Positions 37,961 to 51,210 of a stretch of 64,000 bases of DNA are shown piece after piece. The notes under the pieces were generated by a model. The model was not told where the DNA came from, ran no database searches, and saw only the letters and a program-made list of their open reading frames with translations. How positions within the stretch are numbered: the first letter of the stretch is position 1; the number at the start of each line of letters is the position of its first letter. Position numbers and translations under genes: made by a program. This stretch comes from Okamejei kenojei (Eukaryota), in NCBI GenBank assembly GCA_035221665.1, contig CM069160.1:3844001-3908000 (forward strand), written 5' to 3'.

Positions 37961-39415
37961 ATATGACCTTATTCCTTTCCATACATACACTGTTAGGTAA
38001 GAGAACAAACACTTATGGTTGTCATGGAGCCCCAAATAAGGGAGGTAGGGTGGACAGATGGGAACAGTATGGAGGAGTGCGTGGTTGATGAAACTGGGTG
38101 GAATGTCTCCATTATCAGGGTTCAGAACGGTCTTTCCATAAACAAGGATGTAAATGACTTCCAGACCCAGTACATGATTCAAACACATCTTTAATCAGTA
38201 CTAAAACTTAACAGCTTGAAGGATGGTTAGTTATCAACACATCCTGACTGCTCAAACTGTCGGTGCTGAGAAATAGTATTAGTATAAGTATTACAGTGGG
38301 GAGAAGTTAGAGATGCTGGCTGGTGTGTGATTGGTTAACATGCAACATCAATCTACAAAGGGTACCGTCCGATTCTCCCCTGCTTCATTGCAGACATTCA
38401 ATGTTTTTTAAACATTGTGATAATGCCGGCCGCAACTACCTCCTCTGGCAGCTCGTTCCACACACCCACCTCCCGTTGTATGAAAATGTTACCCCTCTGG
38501 TTCCCATTCAATCTTTCCCCCCTCACCTTAAACCTATATCCTCTGGTTCTCCATTCTCCTAGTCTGGGGAAGAGACTGTGCATCTACCCAATCTATTCAT
38601 CTCTTGATTTTGTGCTCGTTGAAAGGATTACCCCTCATCCTCCTGCGCTGCAAGGAAGAGAGTCCTAGCCTGCTCAACTATAGCTCAGGTCCTCTCCCTA
38701 TAGCTCAGGTTCTCGAGTCCTGGCAGCAGGCTTGTAAATCATCTCTGCACCCTTCATCTTGCTCCAACGCATGGCAACTTTCTTCCTCTCCACGAAAAAA
38801 GTTTCACCATCACTAGAAATACAATGGAGAAAGTGAAATTGGGGGAATAAAATAGGCTCATTATAGGAAGCAGTTGGGAGGAGGTGTACATAGAACACAG
38901 AACCGAGGTCCGAGAACACAGATGCAATTATTAAGAAAGCTCGTCAGCGCCTCTACTTCCTGAGAAGATTACGGAGAGTCGGTCTGTCAAGGAGGACTCT
39001 CTCTAACTTCTACAGGTGCACAGTAGAGAGCTTGCTGACCGGTTGCATCGTGGCTTGGTTCGGCAACTTGAGCGCCCTGGAGAGGAAAAGACTACAAAAA
39101 GTAGTAAGCACTGCCCAGTCCATCATCGGCTCTGACCTTCCTTCCATCGAGGGGATCTACCACAGTCGCTGCCTCAAAAAGGCTGGCAGCATCATCAAGG
39201 ACCCACACCATCCTGGCCACACACTCATCTCCCTGCTACCTTCGGGTAGAAGGTACAGGAGCCTGAGGACTGCAACAACCCGGTTCAGGAATAGCTACTT
39301 CCCCACAGCCATCAGGATATTAAATTTGGCTTGGACAAAACTCTGAACATTAATACCCCTCCATCTGTTATTTGCTCTTTATCAATTTATTCATTCATGT
39401 GTGTATTTACGTATA

Positions 39416-41044
39416 CAGTGGCTTGCAAAAGTATTCATACCCCTTGAACTTTTCCACATTTTGTCACGTTACAACCACAAACGTAAATGTATTTTATTGG
39501 GATTTTATGTGATAGACCAACACAAAGTGATGCATAATTGTGAAGTGGAAGGAAAATTATACATGGTTTCCAAATTTTATTACAAATAAAAAATTGAAAA
39601 GTGTGGCGTGCAAAAGTATTCAGCCCCCCCTGAGTCAATACTTTGTAGAACCACCTTTCACTGTAATTACAGCTGCAAGTCTTTCGGGGTATGTCTCTAC
39701 CAGCTTTGCACATCTAGAGACTGAAATTTTTGCCCATTCTTCTTTGCAAAATAGCTCAAGCTCAGTCGGATTGGATGGAGAGCGTCTGTGAACAGCAATT
39801 GTCAAGTCTTGCCAGAGATTCTCAATTGGATTTAGGTCTGGACTTTGACTGGGCCATTCTAACACATGAATATGCTTTGATCTAAACCATTCCATCGTAG
39901 CTCTGGCTGTATGTTTAGGGTTGTTGTCCTGCTGGAAGGTGAACCTCCGCCCCAGTCTCAAGTCTTTTGCAGACTCTAACAGGTTTTCTTCCAAGATTGC
40001 CCTGTATTTGGCTCCATCCATCTTCCCATCAACTCTGACCAGCTTCCCTGTCCCTGCTGAAAAAAAGCTTCCCCACAGCATGATGCTGCCACCGCCATGT
40101 TTCACAGTGGGGATGGTGTGTTCAGGGTGATGTGCAGTGTTAGTTTTCCACCACACATAGCGTTTTGCATTTATGCCAAAAACTTCAATTTTGGTCTCAT
40201 CAGACCAGAGCACCTTCCTCCACATGTTTGCTGTGTCCCCCACATGGCTTGTGGCAAACTGCAAACAGGACTTCTTATGGCTCTGTTCAACAATGGCTTT
40301 CTTCTTGCCACTCTTCCATAAAGACCCGATTTGTGGAGTGCACGACTAATAGTTGTCCTGTGGACAGAATCTCCCACCTGAGCTGTGGATCTCTGCAGCT
40401 CCTCCAGAGTTACCATGGGCCTTCTTGGCTGCTTCTGTGGTCAATGCTCTCCTTGCCCGGCCTGTCAGTTTAGGTGGACGGCCATATCTTGGTAGGTTTG
40501 TAGTTGTGCCATACACTTTCCATTTTCGGATGATGGATTGAACAGTGCTCCGTGAGATGTTCAAAGCTTGGGATATTTTTTTATAACCTAACCCTGCTTT
40601 AAACCTCTCCACAACTTTATCCCTGACCTGTCTGGTGTGTTCCTTGGGCTTCATGATGTCCAAGGAACATTGTTTGTTCACTAATGTTCTCCAACAAACC
40701 TCTGAGGCCTTCACAGAACAGCTGTGTTTATACTGAGATTAGATTACACACAAGTGGACTCTATTTACTAATTAGGTGACTTCTGAAGGCATTTGGTTGC
40801 ACTGGATTTTATTTAGGGGTATCAGAGTAAAGGGGGCTGAATACATTTGCATGCCACACTTTTCACTTTTATATTTGTATAAAGATTTGAAAACCATGTA
40901 TCATTTCCCTTCCACTTCACAATTATGCGCCACTTTGTGTTGGTCTATCACATAAAATCCTAATAAAATACTTTTATGTTTGTGTTTGTAACGTAACAAA
41001 ATGTGGAAAAGTTCAAGGGGTATGAATACTTTTGCAAGCCACTG
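39416..41044 (-). mobile_element. Full-length Tc1 (DD34E, IR/DR type) transposon, 1629 bp, TA TSD
   Basis: TA-CAGTGGCTTGCAAAAGTATTCATACCCC ... GGGGTATGAATACTTTTGCAAGCCACTG-TA with about 210-bp TIRs. Confidence 0.97.
39635..40654 (-). pseudogene. Tc1 transposase, two frameshifts (about 40420 and 40285)
   Basis: MKPKEH start, GRPPKL, WSDETK, QQDN, SPDLNPIE; 34 residues between the second D and E. Confidence 0.95.
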
Positions 41045-42579
41045 TATAATTGTAGTCAATGCCTATTATGTTCTGTTGTGCTATGCAAATAAATAATTTC
41101 ATTGTCCTGTCAGGGACACATGACTATTAAACTATTTTGACTCTTTGACTCTTTTTGAAAAGTACAGCACAGGAACAGGCCCTTCGACCCACAATGTCTG
41201 TGCTGGAAATGATGCCAATGTAAACTAAGTTCATCTGCCTGCACATGATCCATAGCCCTCCGTTCTATATATATCCATGTGCCTTGTTAAAAGCTTTTTT
41301 CTTAAATCTCTTTAATGCAGGCAGCTATCATGTAGTTGAGATAGCTGTGTCTGTCATTGTTAGATTATCACATGGTCGGCTGCTCTGGAAAGTTATTGAT
41401 CAAAGGAGAGGTAGCTGAATGAATAGAAAATTGGCTTCTTGGAAGGAAGCAAAGGGTAATGGTGGAAGGTAGCTTCTCGAACTGGTGACCTGTGATTAGC
41501 GGTGTGGCTCAGGGTTCGGTGCTGGGCCTGTTACTGTTTGTCTTGTATATCAATGATTTGGATGAGAATATACATTGCAAGATTACAAGTCGCAGGTCGA
41601 CAATGTGTTCAAAAAGGCTTTTGGTACATTGATCTTCATCAGAGAATTTGAGTATAGAAATTATGTAATGTTGCAGTTGTATAAGACGTTTGTGAGACCT
41701 AATTTAGGGTAGAGTGTTCAGTTCTATGTTGCAGGAAAGATGTTGTCAAGCTGGAAATGGTGCACAGATGACTTATGAGGATATTGCCTGGACAGAGAGG
41801 ATTTACGAGGATGTTGCCACAACTAGAGGGTTTGACCAAGAGGGAGAGGTTGAGTAGGCAGGTTTTAGGTTAGTGACCTAAAATTTGAAAATTCAATATT
41901 GATACCATTGGGTTGCATGCTATCCAAGCATGCTACTCGATCAGGCATGGTCACCATGAATGGTGCTGCTGGCTCTAAGGGCCGAATGGCCTCCTCCTAC
42001 ACCCATATTCTATGTTCCTATGTTTCTAAAATATGTGGTGCTGTTCCTCCAGTTGTCTCACTCTGGCTATGGAGGTGGCCTAAGACAGAAAGGTCGATAG
42101 GGGAATGTGAAGAGATTTTAAAATTGTCAGTAGCTAGGAGACCTAACAGTTCATAGTCAGAGAGTGATACTGCATTGAAACAGGCTCTTCGTCCCATCTT
42201 GCCCACACCAGCCAACATGTTCCAGCCACATTAGTCCTACTGGCCCACGTTTGGCCCATATCCCTTCAAACCTGTGATATCCATGTATCTGTCTAACTGT
42301 TTCTTAAAAGTTGGGATAGTCCCTGCCTCAACTACCTCCGCGGGTAGATCTGGCAGGTGTTCAGTGAAACAGTTGCCTAGTCTACATTTGCTCTCGTTGA
42401 CGCACAGGGTGTCACAGCAGGAAAAACAGGTGAAGTCTTTTGGCTTAGGCCCCTTTGGTCATGGCTGACCATGCATGTATCCAGGCTGCTATACCCAATA
42501 TGGAGGATGCCTGTGCATGACCTTGTTTAACGTGGGGAGACAGGTGCACAGACAGCCACCCCACGGTCCTTGATAGATC

Positions 42580-43330
42580 TATTTAATTTTATTTTTTATT
42601 TGTTTATTTGTTCCGAACAAGTAAAGACATAAATAGGAATAAATAACAATAACAAAATAGAAATAGTCAAACAATTGGACATTCCAGGCAATATTTGCAA
42701 AGCAATGAAAAGTATAAAGCAAAATTTAAATGTCCAACACTTTTTCTTTACAAGCTCGAAAAGGAGTGAGAAGAAGAATAACTTATTTAATCTCACCCCT
42801 TCTCCCTAAACCCTTCTTCCATATATAATAATTAATTAATGAATAATTATTATTATCACCATTATTAATAACATTGCTTATAATAACAATAATGATAATG
42901 TATCAATAGTAATGTAATATGTAACATAATATACAATATATAATCTACAATAGCTAATTATTCATTTGAGATACAATTTAACCATAGACGTACCCCAGAC
43001 AATTTTTAGAGATGCATACAGACATATATATACATACAACTGATAAACACATAAAAGTAATATGTATATAAATAAATAATAAATACAATAAATAAATAAA
43101 CATTAACCCCTGTTTTTCAATCATCCCTTTCATCCCTGTACCTTGTGAAAACAAGTTTTTTGTATGTCATTTTGAACTGGTTCATGTTTGGACATTGCTT
43201 TAACTCCACATTCAAACTGTTCCACAATCCCACTCCACAGACCGAAATACAAATTGTTTTTCTGGTCGTGCGGACTCTGTGTACCTTAAAATTAAATATT
43301 CTTCTTAAATTATAACCTCCCACTCGCACA
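42580..43330 (-). mobile_element. L2/Crack-like LINE 3' end
   Basis: YNLR...RTT...ISVCGVGLWNSL...FK..YK C-terminus, AT-rich 3' UTR and (AAAT)n tail. Confidence 0.6.
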
Positions 43331-43843
43331 TGGTCTGGGTCAGGATCCAGTGGAATGGAGTCAAAGACAACTGGAGACCCTTTTCTGCTACAGCCTTCAT
43401 CCGCCTTCCCAGCCGTTGTGATGCTCCACTAACGTCAGCTAGATCAGTCTGTCGCTTGTGATGGAGAAGAATGGATCAAGAAAGGAGAATGATGCTCAAT
43501 AGTTCAATGGGATCAATACTGTTTTCTTTGTCACATGTGCAACTGCACATTTTTTTGTTGTTGCATATATTTCACACCGCGTGCGCCACCATGTTTTGGC
43601 GCCATTATTGAATGTTCCAAGACCGTTCGGTCCGTCCGCTCGATGTACTGGAGCACCTCCCACGAGCCAACATCCCTCTCCTCTCCTGGACATCTCTGTG
43701 TCCCAGGGACGGTTCCTGCAGCCGACCATTAAGGTGCTCGAGGCAATACCCCGGTTCACCCTCCTACCAGCCCACTCTACTCACATGCAATGTCTCCAGC
43801 TTCCTCGCGGTTACGCCGTCCGATGAGCCTTTGGGCAGGGTAC

Positions 43844-44492
43844 TGTGAGATACCCTTTATGCTCACAATTGATACTCAAAGACTAAATCCTGGAAGCAAG
43901 AGATTTCTTTATTTTACGAGTCTGCAGACCGGGTGCCTCTCCAACTCGAGACACACCGAAGCCAGAGAGATCATCCCCCTTTATACACAAAATCTTACAT
44001 TCAATCCCCCCTCCGGACCCTTCTCCAATCAGGGTCGGAGGTGCAGAATCTGTAGGTACCTCCCACCGTACATCCCCTCGCACCTCCCATATCATACATT
44101 GCATGTTCAAACATGTTCATGGTAATGAGCAATTTCTTGACCAGGGGTGTGTTGTAATATTCATTTATTCTATTAAGCATGCTCAATTGCTCATGACCTG
44201 GCCCAGTTTTACTCACCTCCTAGTGAACCCTCTCAGTTTTCCTATATCAGTACTAAAGCTAAGCTATAGTGACAAGGGTCCCATCTATCACTCCTTTCCA
44301 CTGATAGGGATCTCTCTACATCACTCCCTTCTCTAGCTATATACAATGCATCTCTTCTTACTCAAGGACTCGAGGATGGGTCTGGCAACCTTCAGACACT
44401 GCTGTGTCAGAATCCTCTCTCCAGCCCCTCTCTGTTTGAATTCTCTTTAAAACTCCTTTCTTTAATAGGGTTTAATCACTTTATCCCTCACA
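43844..44492 (-). mobile_element. Solo LTR, 649 bp, ERV-like
   Basis: TGTGAG...CTCACA inverted termini, 4-bp TSD GTAC (43840-43 and 44493-96), minus-strand TATAAA (43980-85) and AATAAA (43908-13). Confidence 0.85.
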
Positions 44493-46699
44493 GTACCTAT
44501 CCTGCCCCAGACGTTTCTCAGGAACTGGATAAATGAGCCCCCTTCCACCACCCTGGTTTCACCAGTTCTACAGTTCACCTCAGATTCTTGAGGTCACACC
44601 TTCCCAGCCAACAATAGACCAACGAAGATTCAACCCTGCTTTAGGTCCTTTGTTGCTGACCCTGATTTGTTCTGGTCTTTTCTCTCCTCTGGCTCTCACC
44701 CCACCCCCTTCTTTCAGTCTGAGTCCCGACACGAAATGTCACGTATCCTTTTTCTCCAGTGATACTGCCTGGCCAGCTGAGTTACTCCAACACTTTGAGT
44801 CTATCTGTGGTATAAACCAGCATCTGCAGTTGCTTGTTTTTACAAGAACCAGCGGACATAGATTTAAGGTGAGAAGAGAAATATTTAATAGGAACCTGAG
44901 GGGCAGGTTTTTCAGAAGATGTTGGGTATTTGAAACCAGCTGCCAGAGGAGGTGGTTGAGGCTGGTACTGTGACATTTAAAAATACATTTGGACAGGGAC
45001 GTGAATAGGAACAGATTAGAGGGATATGGGCTGAACGCGAACAGGTAGATGGGACATCTTGGTCAACATTGACGAGATGTGCCGAAGGGCCTGTTTCAGT
45101 GCTTCAATTTTCAAATTCAATGAAAATAAAATAAAACATATGTAGGAAAGGACTGCAGATGCTGGTTTAAACCGAAGATAGACACACAAATACGAGATGC
45201 TCAGTTTGAAGGTCTCGACCCGAAATGTCGCCTATTCCTTTTCTCCTGACATGCTGTATGGCCCGATGAGTTACTCCAACTTTTTGTGTCTATCTTCGCT
45301 TTAAACCAACATCTGTAATTCCTTCCTACACATTATGTTTGACTCTTTCACTGGCGCTGCAGCGCTGCCCGCCACGGAACTCCCCCAGTAGCGACACTGT
45401 CGGCTGTGGCCGGTGGGGCAATACATTCAACTTCCAGAGAAAACAACAGCGGTCTCCATGCGGGCGGAATCAAAAGCTGCCAGTACCGAGTGAAACCTCG
45501 CCACAGATGAAGGCAACTTGAGGTGCGGTTTTGTAACGACTCGTACTGCAACCCCGAGCCCCACTCAGGTACGGCGCGACCCAACACATGTCGGGATATA
45601 CAGCGGGTTCCGAAGCTGGAACTTGCAAGCTGTAAACATGGCGTGTACACAAGTCTTTAACTGAATACACGCCTTCCCATGAGAAGGAGTCAGTTGCATT
45701 AGAAGTAATCAGCTGCATTACACTAAATCCACACCCGAGCAGTTTGCATCTTCCAGCGAGAAAAGTTATTTTATTTGCAATGTTCGAGTGAGTTCATTCA
45801 ACCCTCGATATTTTTTTACACGCTCGAAGATCGTCTTTTTGCGATCAAACTGCAAAAATTGGGCCCCGGGCTGAAGTGAATCAAAGGCCTCTTGTAACTT
45901 TTTAACGACCTTGTGTAAAATGGCGCTTTAAATAGTAACTCAGGCGCACACTGTAAAGCCGTGTTTGAACATGTAGTCTGGGCTCGGACTGACCCGGGAC
46001 ACTCTAAGACAAAGTTATCTGGGAACTGGTAGAAAGCGGACCACACTCAATAAAACGATCATTATAGCAAGCCTGAATGGATACAGGCGCTGAACTTTTC
46101 AGATGACACTAATTGTGTTATAAGTTTAGAGAGCTATTTTTACAGAGGCCAATTAACCCACAAACGAAGCTTTCGGATATGGGAGAAAACCCACGCAGTC
46201 ACAGCGAGAATGTGTAAACGCTACATATACGGCACCCGAGGGCAGGCTCGAACCCGGGACCGTGGCGCTGTGAGGCAGCAGCTCTATCAGCTGTTCCACT
46301 ATGCTGCCCTCACGGAGCAAACCGTCCAAACGTGTCTTCCCTGTAAACAGGTCACGACACTGTTCTGTTTCAGGCTTTTACATGTTACTCTGACGCATCA
46401 GGGACTGCCGAAAATAGACACAACAAGCTGGAGTAACTCAGCGGGACAGGCAGCATAACTGGAGTGAAGGAATGAATGACGTGTCGGGTTGAGACCCTTC
46501 TTCAAAATGCCGAGTTTAAAATTAACTTTCCTGATCAATGTCGTCCTTCACCCAATCGCATTCTCCACGTTCCTTCCGCATTCCATCTCCGCCATTTGAA
46601 ACATGACTGGTTCATGCTTTTTCAGTTCTGTGCAACACTTCTTAAATGAGCAGGATCCCCCCCCCCCCCCCACCGCTAAACGCACACTCTCTATCTGTG

Positions 46700-46915
46700 C
46701 CTCTCTCTCCCCTTCCCCCCCACCTTCTTCCTCCATTCCTCTCTCCCCCCTTACTCTATCCCCCTCTCCCCCTTCCCTATCCACTCCCCTATCCCCTCCT
46801 CTCCCCCTCCCCTCCTCTCCCCTCCCTCCTCCTCTCCCCTCCCTCAACGCCATCCTCTCCCTCTCCCCTCCTTCCTCTCCCCTCCATCCTCTCCCCCTCC
46901 ACCCCCCACCCTCCT
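46700..46915. repeat. Polypyrimidine/polypurine (CCT/CT-rich) low-complexity tract
   Basis: Almost exclusively C/T on the plus strand. Confidence 0.9.
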
Positions 46916-48066
46916 TCTACAGACTTATTCTGTCTCCTTGGATGAATAATTCCGAAGAAGGTTCCCAACCCCAAAACATCACCTGTGCATGCTCTCCAGG
47001 GATGCTGTCATCCAAGGATCCTGCCTGATGCACTCAGTTACTCCAGCACTCATTATAAACCAACATCTGCAGTTCTTTGTTTCTAAATGCTGGACATCCT
47101 AAGCTGGCCAGGAAACAGCTATGGAGGGAGGAACAGTGCTGTTCCTGTCTTGAGAAGTGTCTCGACCCGAAACGTCACCTATTCCTTTTCTCCAGAGATG
47201 TAGTCTGACCCGCTGAATTACTCCACCTTTTTGTGTCTGTCTTCTGATGTCTCAGACGTTTGTGTCAAACACAGTGCTAGAGGAAAATGTACAGGTGATG
47301 TTTTGGGTCTGGATTTTTATTCATACAGAAAGAGTCAATTTCCTTCCACAAATGCTGCTTGGCCTGCTGAGTTCCTCTTGTACTTTGTGCTGTTGCTCAA
47401 GATTTTGACTTGTGCAGGGTGACCTTTCTGGTTGGCTCCAGCACGAACTGGACAGGCTGTTTATCTGAAATTCCTGAATTTAACATTAACGCCTGAACAC
47501 TGACATTTCCCAAGTTGAATGTTGAGGTGCTGTTCCTCGAGTTTGTATTGTTGTTTGGAAGTGTGTGAAAGGCCAAAGATCAAGAATGAGGCGGAGAATT
47601 TAATTAACGGGCAATGACTTTAATCACAGTTGTAGGATAACTGAATTCTCAATTATTTGCCGAGTCCAGTATTAGCGTTTAAAACATTTATTCAGGTACA
47701 ATGGTTATACGGTATCGGAGCGAAGCATTTAAAGATATGCAGACCTTAACTAAAAACTGAACATATCATAACTAACAAAACAAAAATGACTTTGGAATTA
47801 GAAATACCGTAACCAGAGAACAGTCCTGGACTACTACCTACCTCATTGGAGATGCTCGCACTATCTTTGAACAGACCTTACTGGCTTTACCTTGCACTAA
47901 ACATTATTTATTCCCCTATCGTGTATCTATACACTGCGAATGGTTCGATTGTAATCATGTATTATCATTCTGCTGGTTTGCACACAACAAGAGCTTTTCA
48001 CTGTACCTCAGTACATGTGACAATAAACTACAGTGTAACAATTAAACAACTAAAGACTGAACATAA

Positions 48067-48443
48067 CGGGCCTGTCCCACTTGGCGATTCCTTCGGCCAC
48101 TGCCGGTATCAGTGACTGACTTATCAGGTCATCGAAAAATTTGCGGCGTGATGCTGCGTGATGACGTATGATGTGGCGGTGATGCGGCGTGATGACGTAT
48201 GATGCGGCGGTGATGACGTATGATGCGGTGATGATGTATGATGCGGCGTGATGATGTCGTGATGGCGTGATGACGTATGATGCGGCGTGATGCGTGATGA
48301 CGTGATGACGCACGTGATGCGTGATGCGTGATGACGTTTTTATCGCGTGCTGGATTTTGAAATGATTCATGAAATCTTTTGGCGATACTGATATGACGCC
48401 GGCATGACGTCGCCGAAAAATCGTGACAAGTGGGACAGGCCCT
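48067..48443. mobile_element. PIF/Harbinger-type MITE
   Basis: TIR GGGCCTGTCCCACTTG / CAAGTGGGACAGGCCC, TAA on both sides (48064-66, 48444-46), internal degenerate (GCGTGATGACGTATGAT)n array. Confidence 0.8.
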
Positions 48444-50049
48444 TAACTAACAGATGAAAGACACTTACCATTCGACTGAACACTTTCACACAGATCGCAC
48501 TCTGAACACACAGCTGATAAAGCAGCTTCTTTATCTCTACAGCATAATTAGGATGTATCAAGTACCAACCTACGATGTGGCGCTAATTGCTCACAGTTTT
48601 GTCTGGGTTCTGATCAGTTGTGACCTTGAGTTCACAAGCTAGTCCTTGTCTCTGTGTTCCGCAGACTTGTTTTCGAGCGGTTGATTTTTTTATATAAACT
48701 AACCCCAACAATTCTCTGCAAACCCTTTCAACCGTTCCCTATTGTTCCCTGCCCCCTCTATTTTTCCTGCAATTTAAGATAAGGTTTGATGTCTGCAATG
48801 TTCCATGAAGGAAGGTCTTTGTTCTGTAACATCAATTCTGTATTTAATTCTCAACTTTTACTGCCTGATCTGCATATTTACATCACGTTTTTAGCAGTTT
48901 AGTTTACAGATACAGCGTGGGAACAGGCCCGCCGAGTACACGCCGACCAGTAATTACTCCTACACTACAGTGCAGAGGGTGGCACAGAAGTGCAGCGGTA
49001 GAGTTGCTGCCTTACAGCGCCAGAGACTCCAGTTCGACCTTGACTACAGGTGCTGTCTGCACGCAGTTTGTACAGTATGTTCTCCCTGTGATCGTGTGGG
49101 ATTTTTCCCGGTGCTCCAGTTTCCTCCCGCATTCCAATGACATGCAGATTTGTAGTTTGATTGGCTTCTGTAGATCGACTCTAGAGTGCAGGATAGAGCT
49201 AGTATGGATGATTGCCGGTCGGCATGGACACGGTGGGCCAGAGGGCTTGGTTCACGCTGTGTCACTAAACTAGAATATGGCACAGTTAATGGCAGGATTT
49301 GAAGGCCTGAGCTACAGGGAGAGATTAGGTTGGGTAGGACGTTATTCCTTGCAGTGCAGGGGGCTGAGGGGTATCTTTTATAGAGCTGTTTACAATGATG
49401 AGGGGGATAGAAATTGTGAATGCACAGTTTTTTTGTTTCCCATGATAGGGAAATGAAGAAATAGGGACATCGGTTTAATGTGAGAGGGGATAGACAATAG
49501 CAGCCTGTGGGGAAATATTTTTACACCGAGGGTGGGACGTTCCAGATGAAGTGATTGAGGCGGGTACAACAACAACATTCAGAAGGCATTTTAATAGTTG
49601 CATGGATAGAAAACATTTGGAGGGGTGTGGGTCAAATGCAAACAAATGGATCTAGCTTAGATGAGGCAGTTTATTGGGCTTGGACAAGTTGGGGCAAATG
49701 GCTTGTTTCCTTTGAAGTTAGACACAAAATGCAGGAGTAACTGAGTGGGACAGCCAGCATCACTGGATAGAAGGAATGGGTGACATTTTGGGCCCTGAAG
49801 AAGGGTCTCCACCCTAAACGTCACCCATTCTTTCTATCCAGAAATGGGCCTGTCCCATCAAGTCACGCCAGCATGTTGTGTCTATCTTTGGTGTAAACCA
49901 GCGTCTGCAATTCCTTCCTACACGTGGCATGTTTCCGTGCCATATGATTCTGACTCACTGATGATGAATGTCTAATTGTTAGAAATGCAGTGGAAATTAA
50001 TTTCATTGAAATTTGTGGGAACAGAGTATGTTATGCCACAGGGAAAACT

Positions 50050-51210
50050 TGAAGATTGAATTTTGTGGGAATTGGTTTATTGTTCAAAGTTTTGAACAGG
50101 TTAATGGTCCGGGTAAGTGACTGAAGTGGCCGTGAGCAAAACCTTTAGGAGCAGCAACCACTGTTCTATGAAGATTAAAGTCGTCATGGAAAAGGACAGG
50201 GCAGGCCCACATGCTAAAATTCTGAATTGGAGCAAAGCCAATTTTAATGGTATTAGACAGGAACTTACTAAAGCATGTTTTAGAGCAGATGGATCGAGGA
50301 GTGCAGGTACAATGCTGGGTGGCACTGAGCTGTGAGGAGGATGCTATGAGGCTGCAGGGTGACTTGGATAGTTTGGGTGAGTGGGTAGATGCATGGCAGA
50401 TGCAGTATAATGTGGTTAAATGTGAAGGTTATTCACTTTGGTGACAAGAACAAGAAGGCAGATTATTATCTGAATGGTGTCAGATTAGGAAAAGGGGATG
50501 TGCAACGAGAACTGGTGTCCTTGTACATCAGTAACTGAAAGTAAGCATGTAGGTACAGCAGGCAGTGAAGAAAGCTAATGGCATGTTGGCCTTAATTGCA
50601 AGAGGATTTGAGTTTAGGAGCCAGAAGGTCATACTGCAGTTGTACAGGGCCCTGGTCAGATCGCACCTGGAGTATTGTGTGCAGCTTTGGTCTCCAAATT
50701 TCAGGAAGGGCATTCTTGCCATTCGGGGATTACAGCATAGGTTCATCAGGTTAATTCCTGGGATGGCAGGACTGACATATGCTGAAAGAATAGAATGACT
50801 GGGCTTGTATCACTGGAATTTCGAAGGATGAGTGTGGATCCTATAGAAACATTTAAAATTCTAAAGGGATTCGACAGGCTATTGGAGGAAACATGTTCCC
50901 GATGTTGGGGGAGTCCAGAACCAGGGGTCACAGTTTAAGAATAAGGGGTAGGCCATTTAGGACTGAGATGAAAATCTTTTTCACCCAGAGAGTTGTGAAT
51001 CTGTGGAATTCACTGCCAGGCAGTGGAGGACAATTCACTGGATATTTTCAAGGGAGAGTTAGATTTAGCTCTTAGGCCTAACAAAATCAAGGGAATGGGG
51101 GAAAGAGCAGGAACGGGGTACTGATTTTGGATGATCAGCCATGATCATATTGAATGGCGGTGCTGGCTCGAAGGGCAGAATGGCCTACTCCTGCACCTGT
51201 TTTCTTTGTT
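50050..51210 (+). mobile_element. Degenerate, internally deleted CR1 ORF2 and 3' end
   Basis: Broken WQMQYNV.KC, LYRALVRSHLEYC and FFTQRVVNLWNSLP remnants. Confidence 0.85.

Larger units (their letters stand above)
38890..41135 (+). mobile_element. Rex1/Babar-like LINE 3' fragment split by a Tc1 element
   Basis: KKARQRLYFLRRLR...LTGCIVAWFGNL...LPSGRRYRSL. The 3' UTR resumes after 41046 and ends in TTGACTC repeats. Confidence 0.75.

Noticed and set aside
48985-49060. tRNA-like sequence with A and B boxes (also at other SINE heads)
   Set aside because: Heads of tRNA-derived SINEs that continue into the SINE body; no complete cloverleaf.
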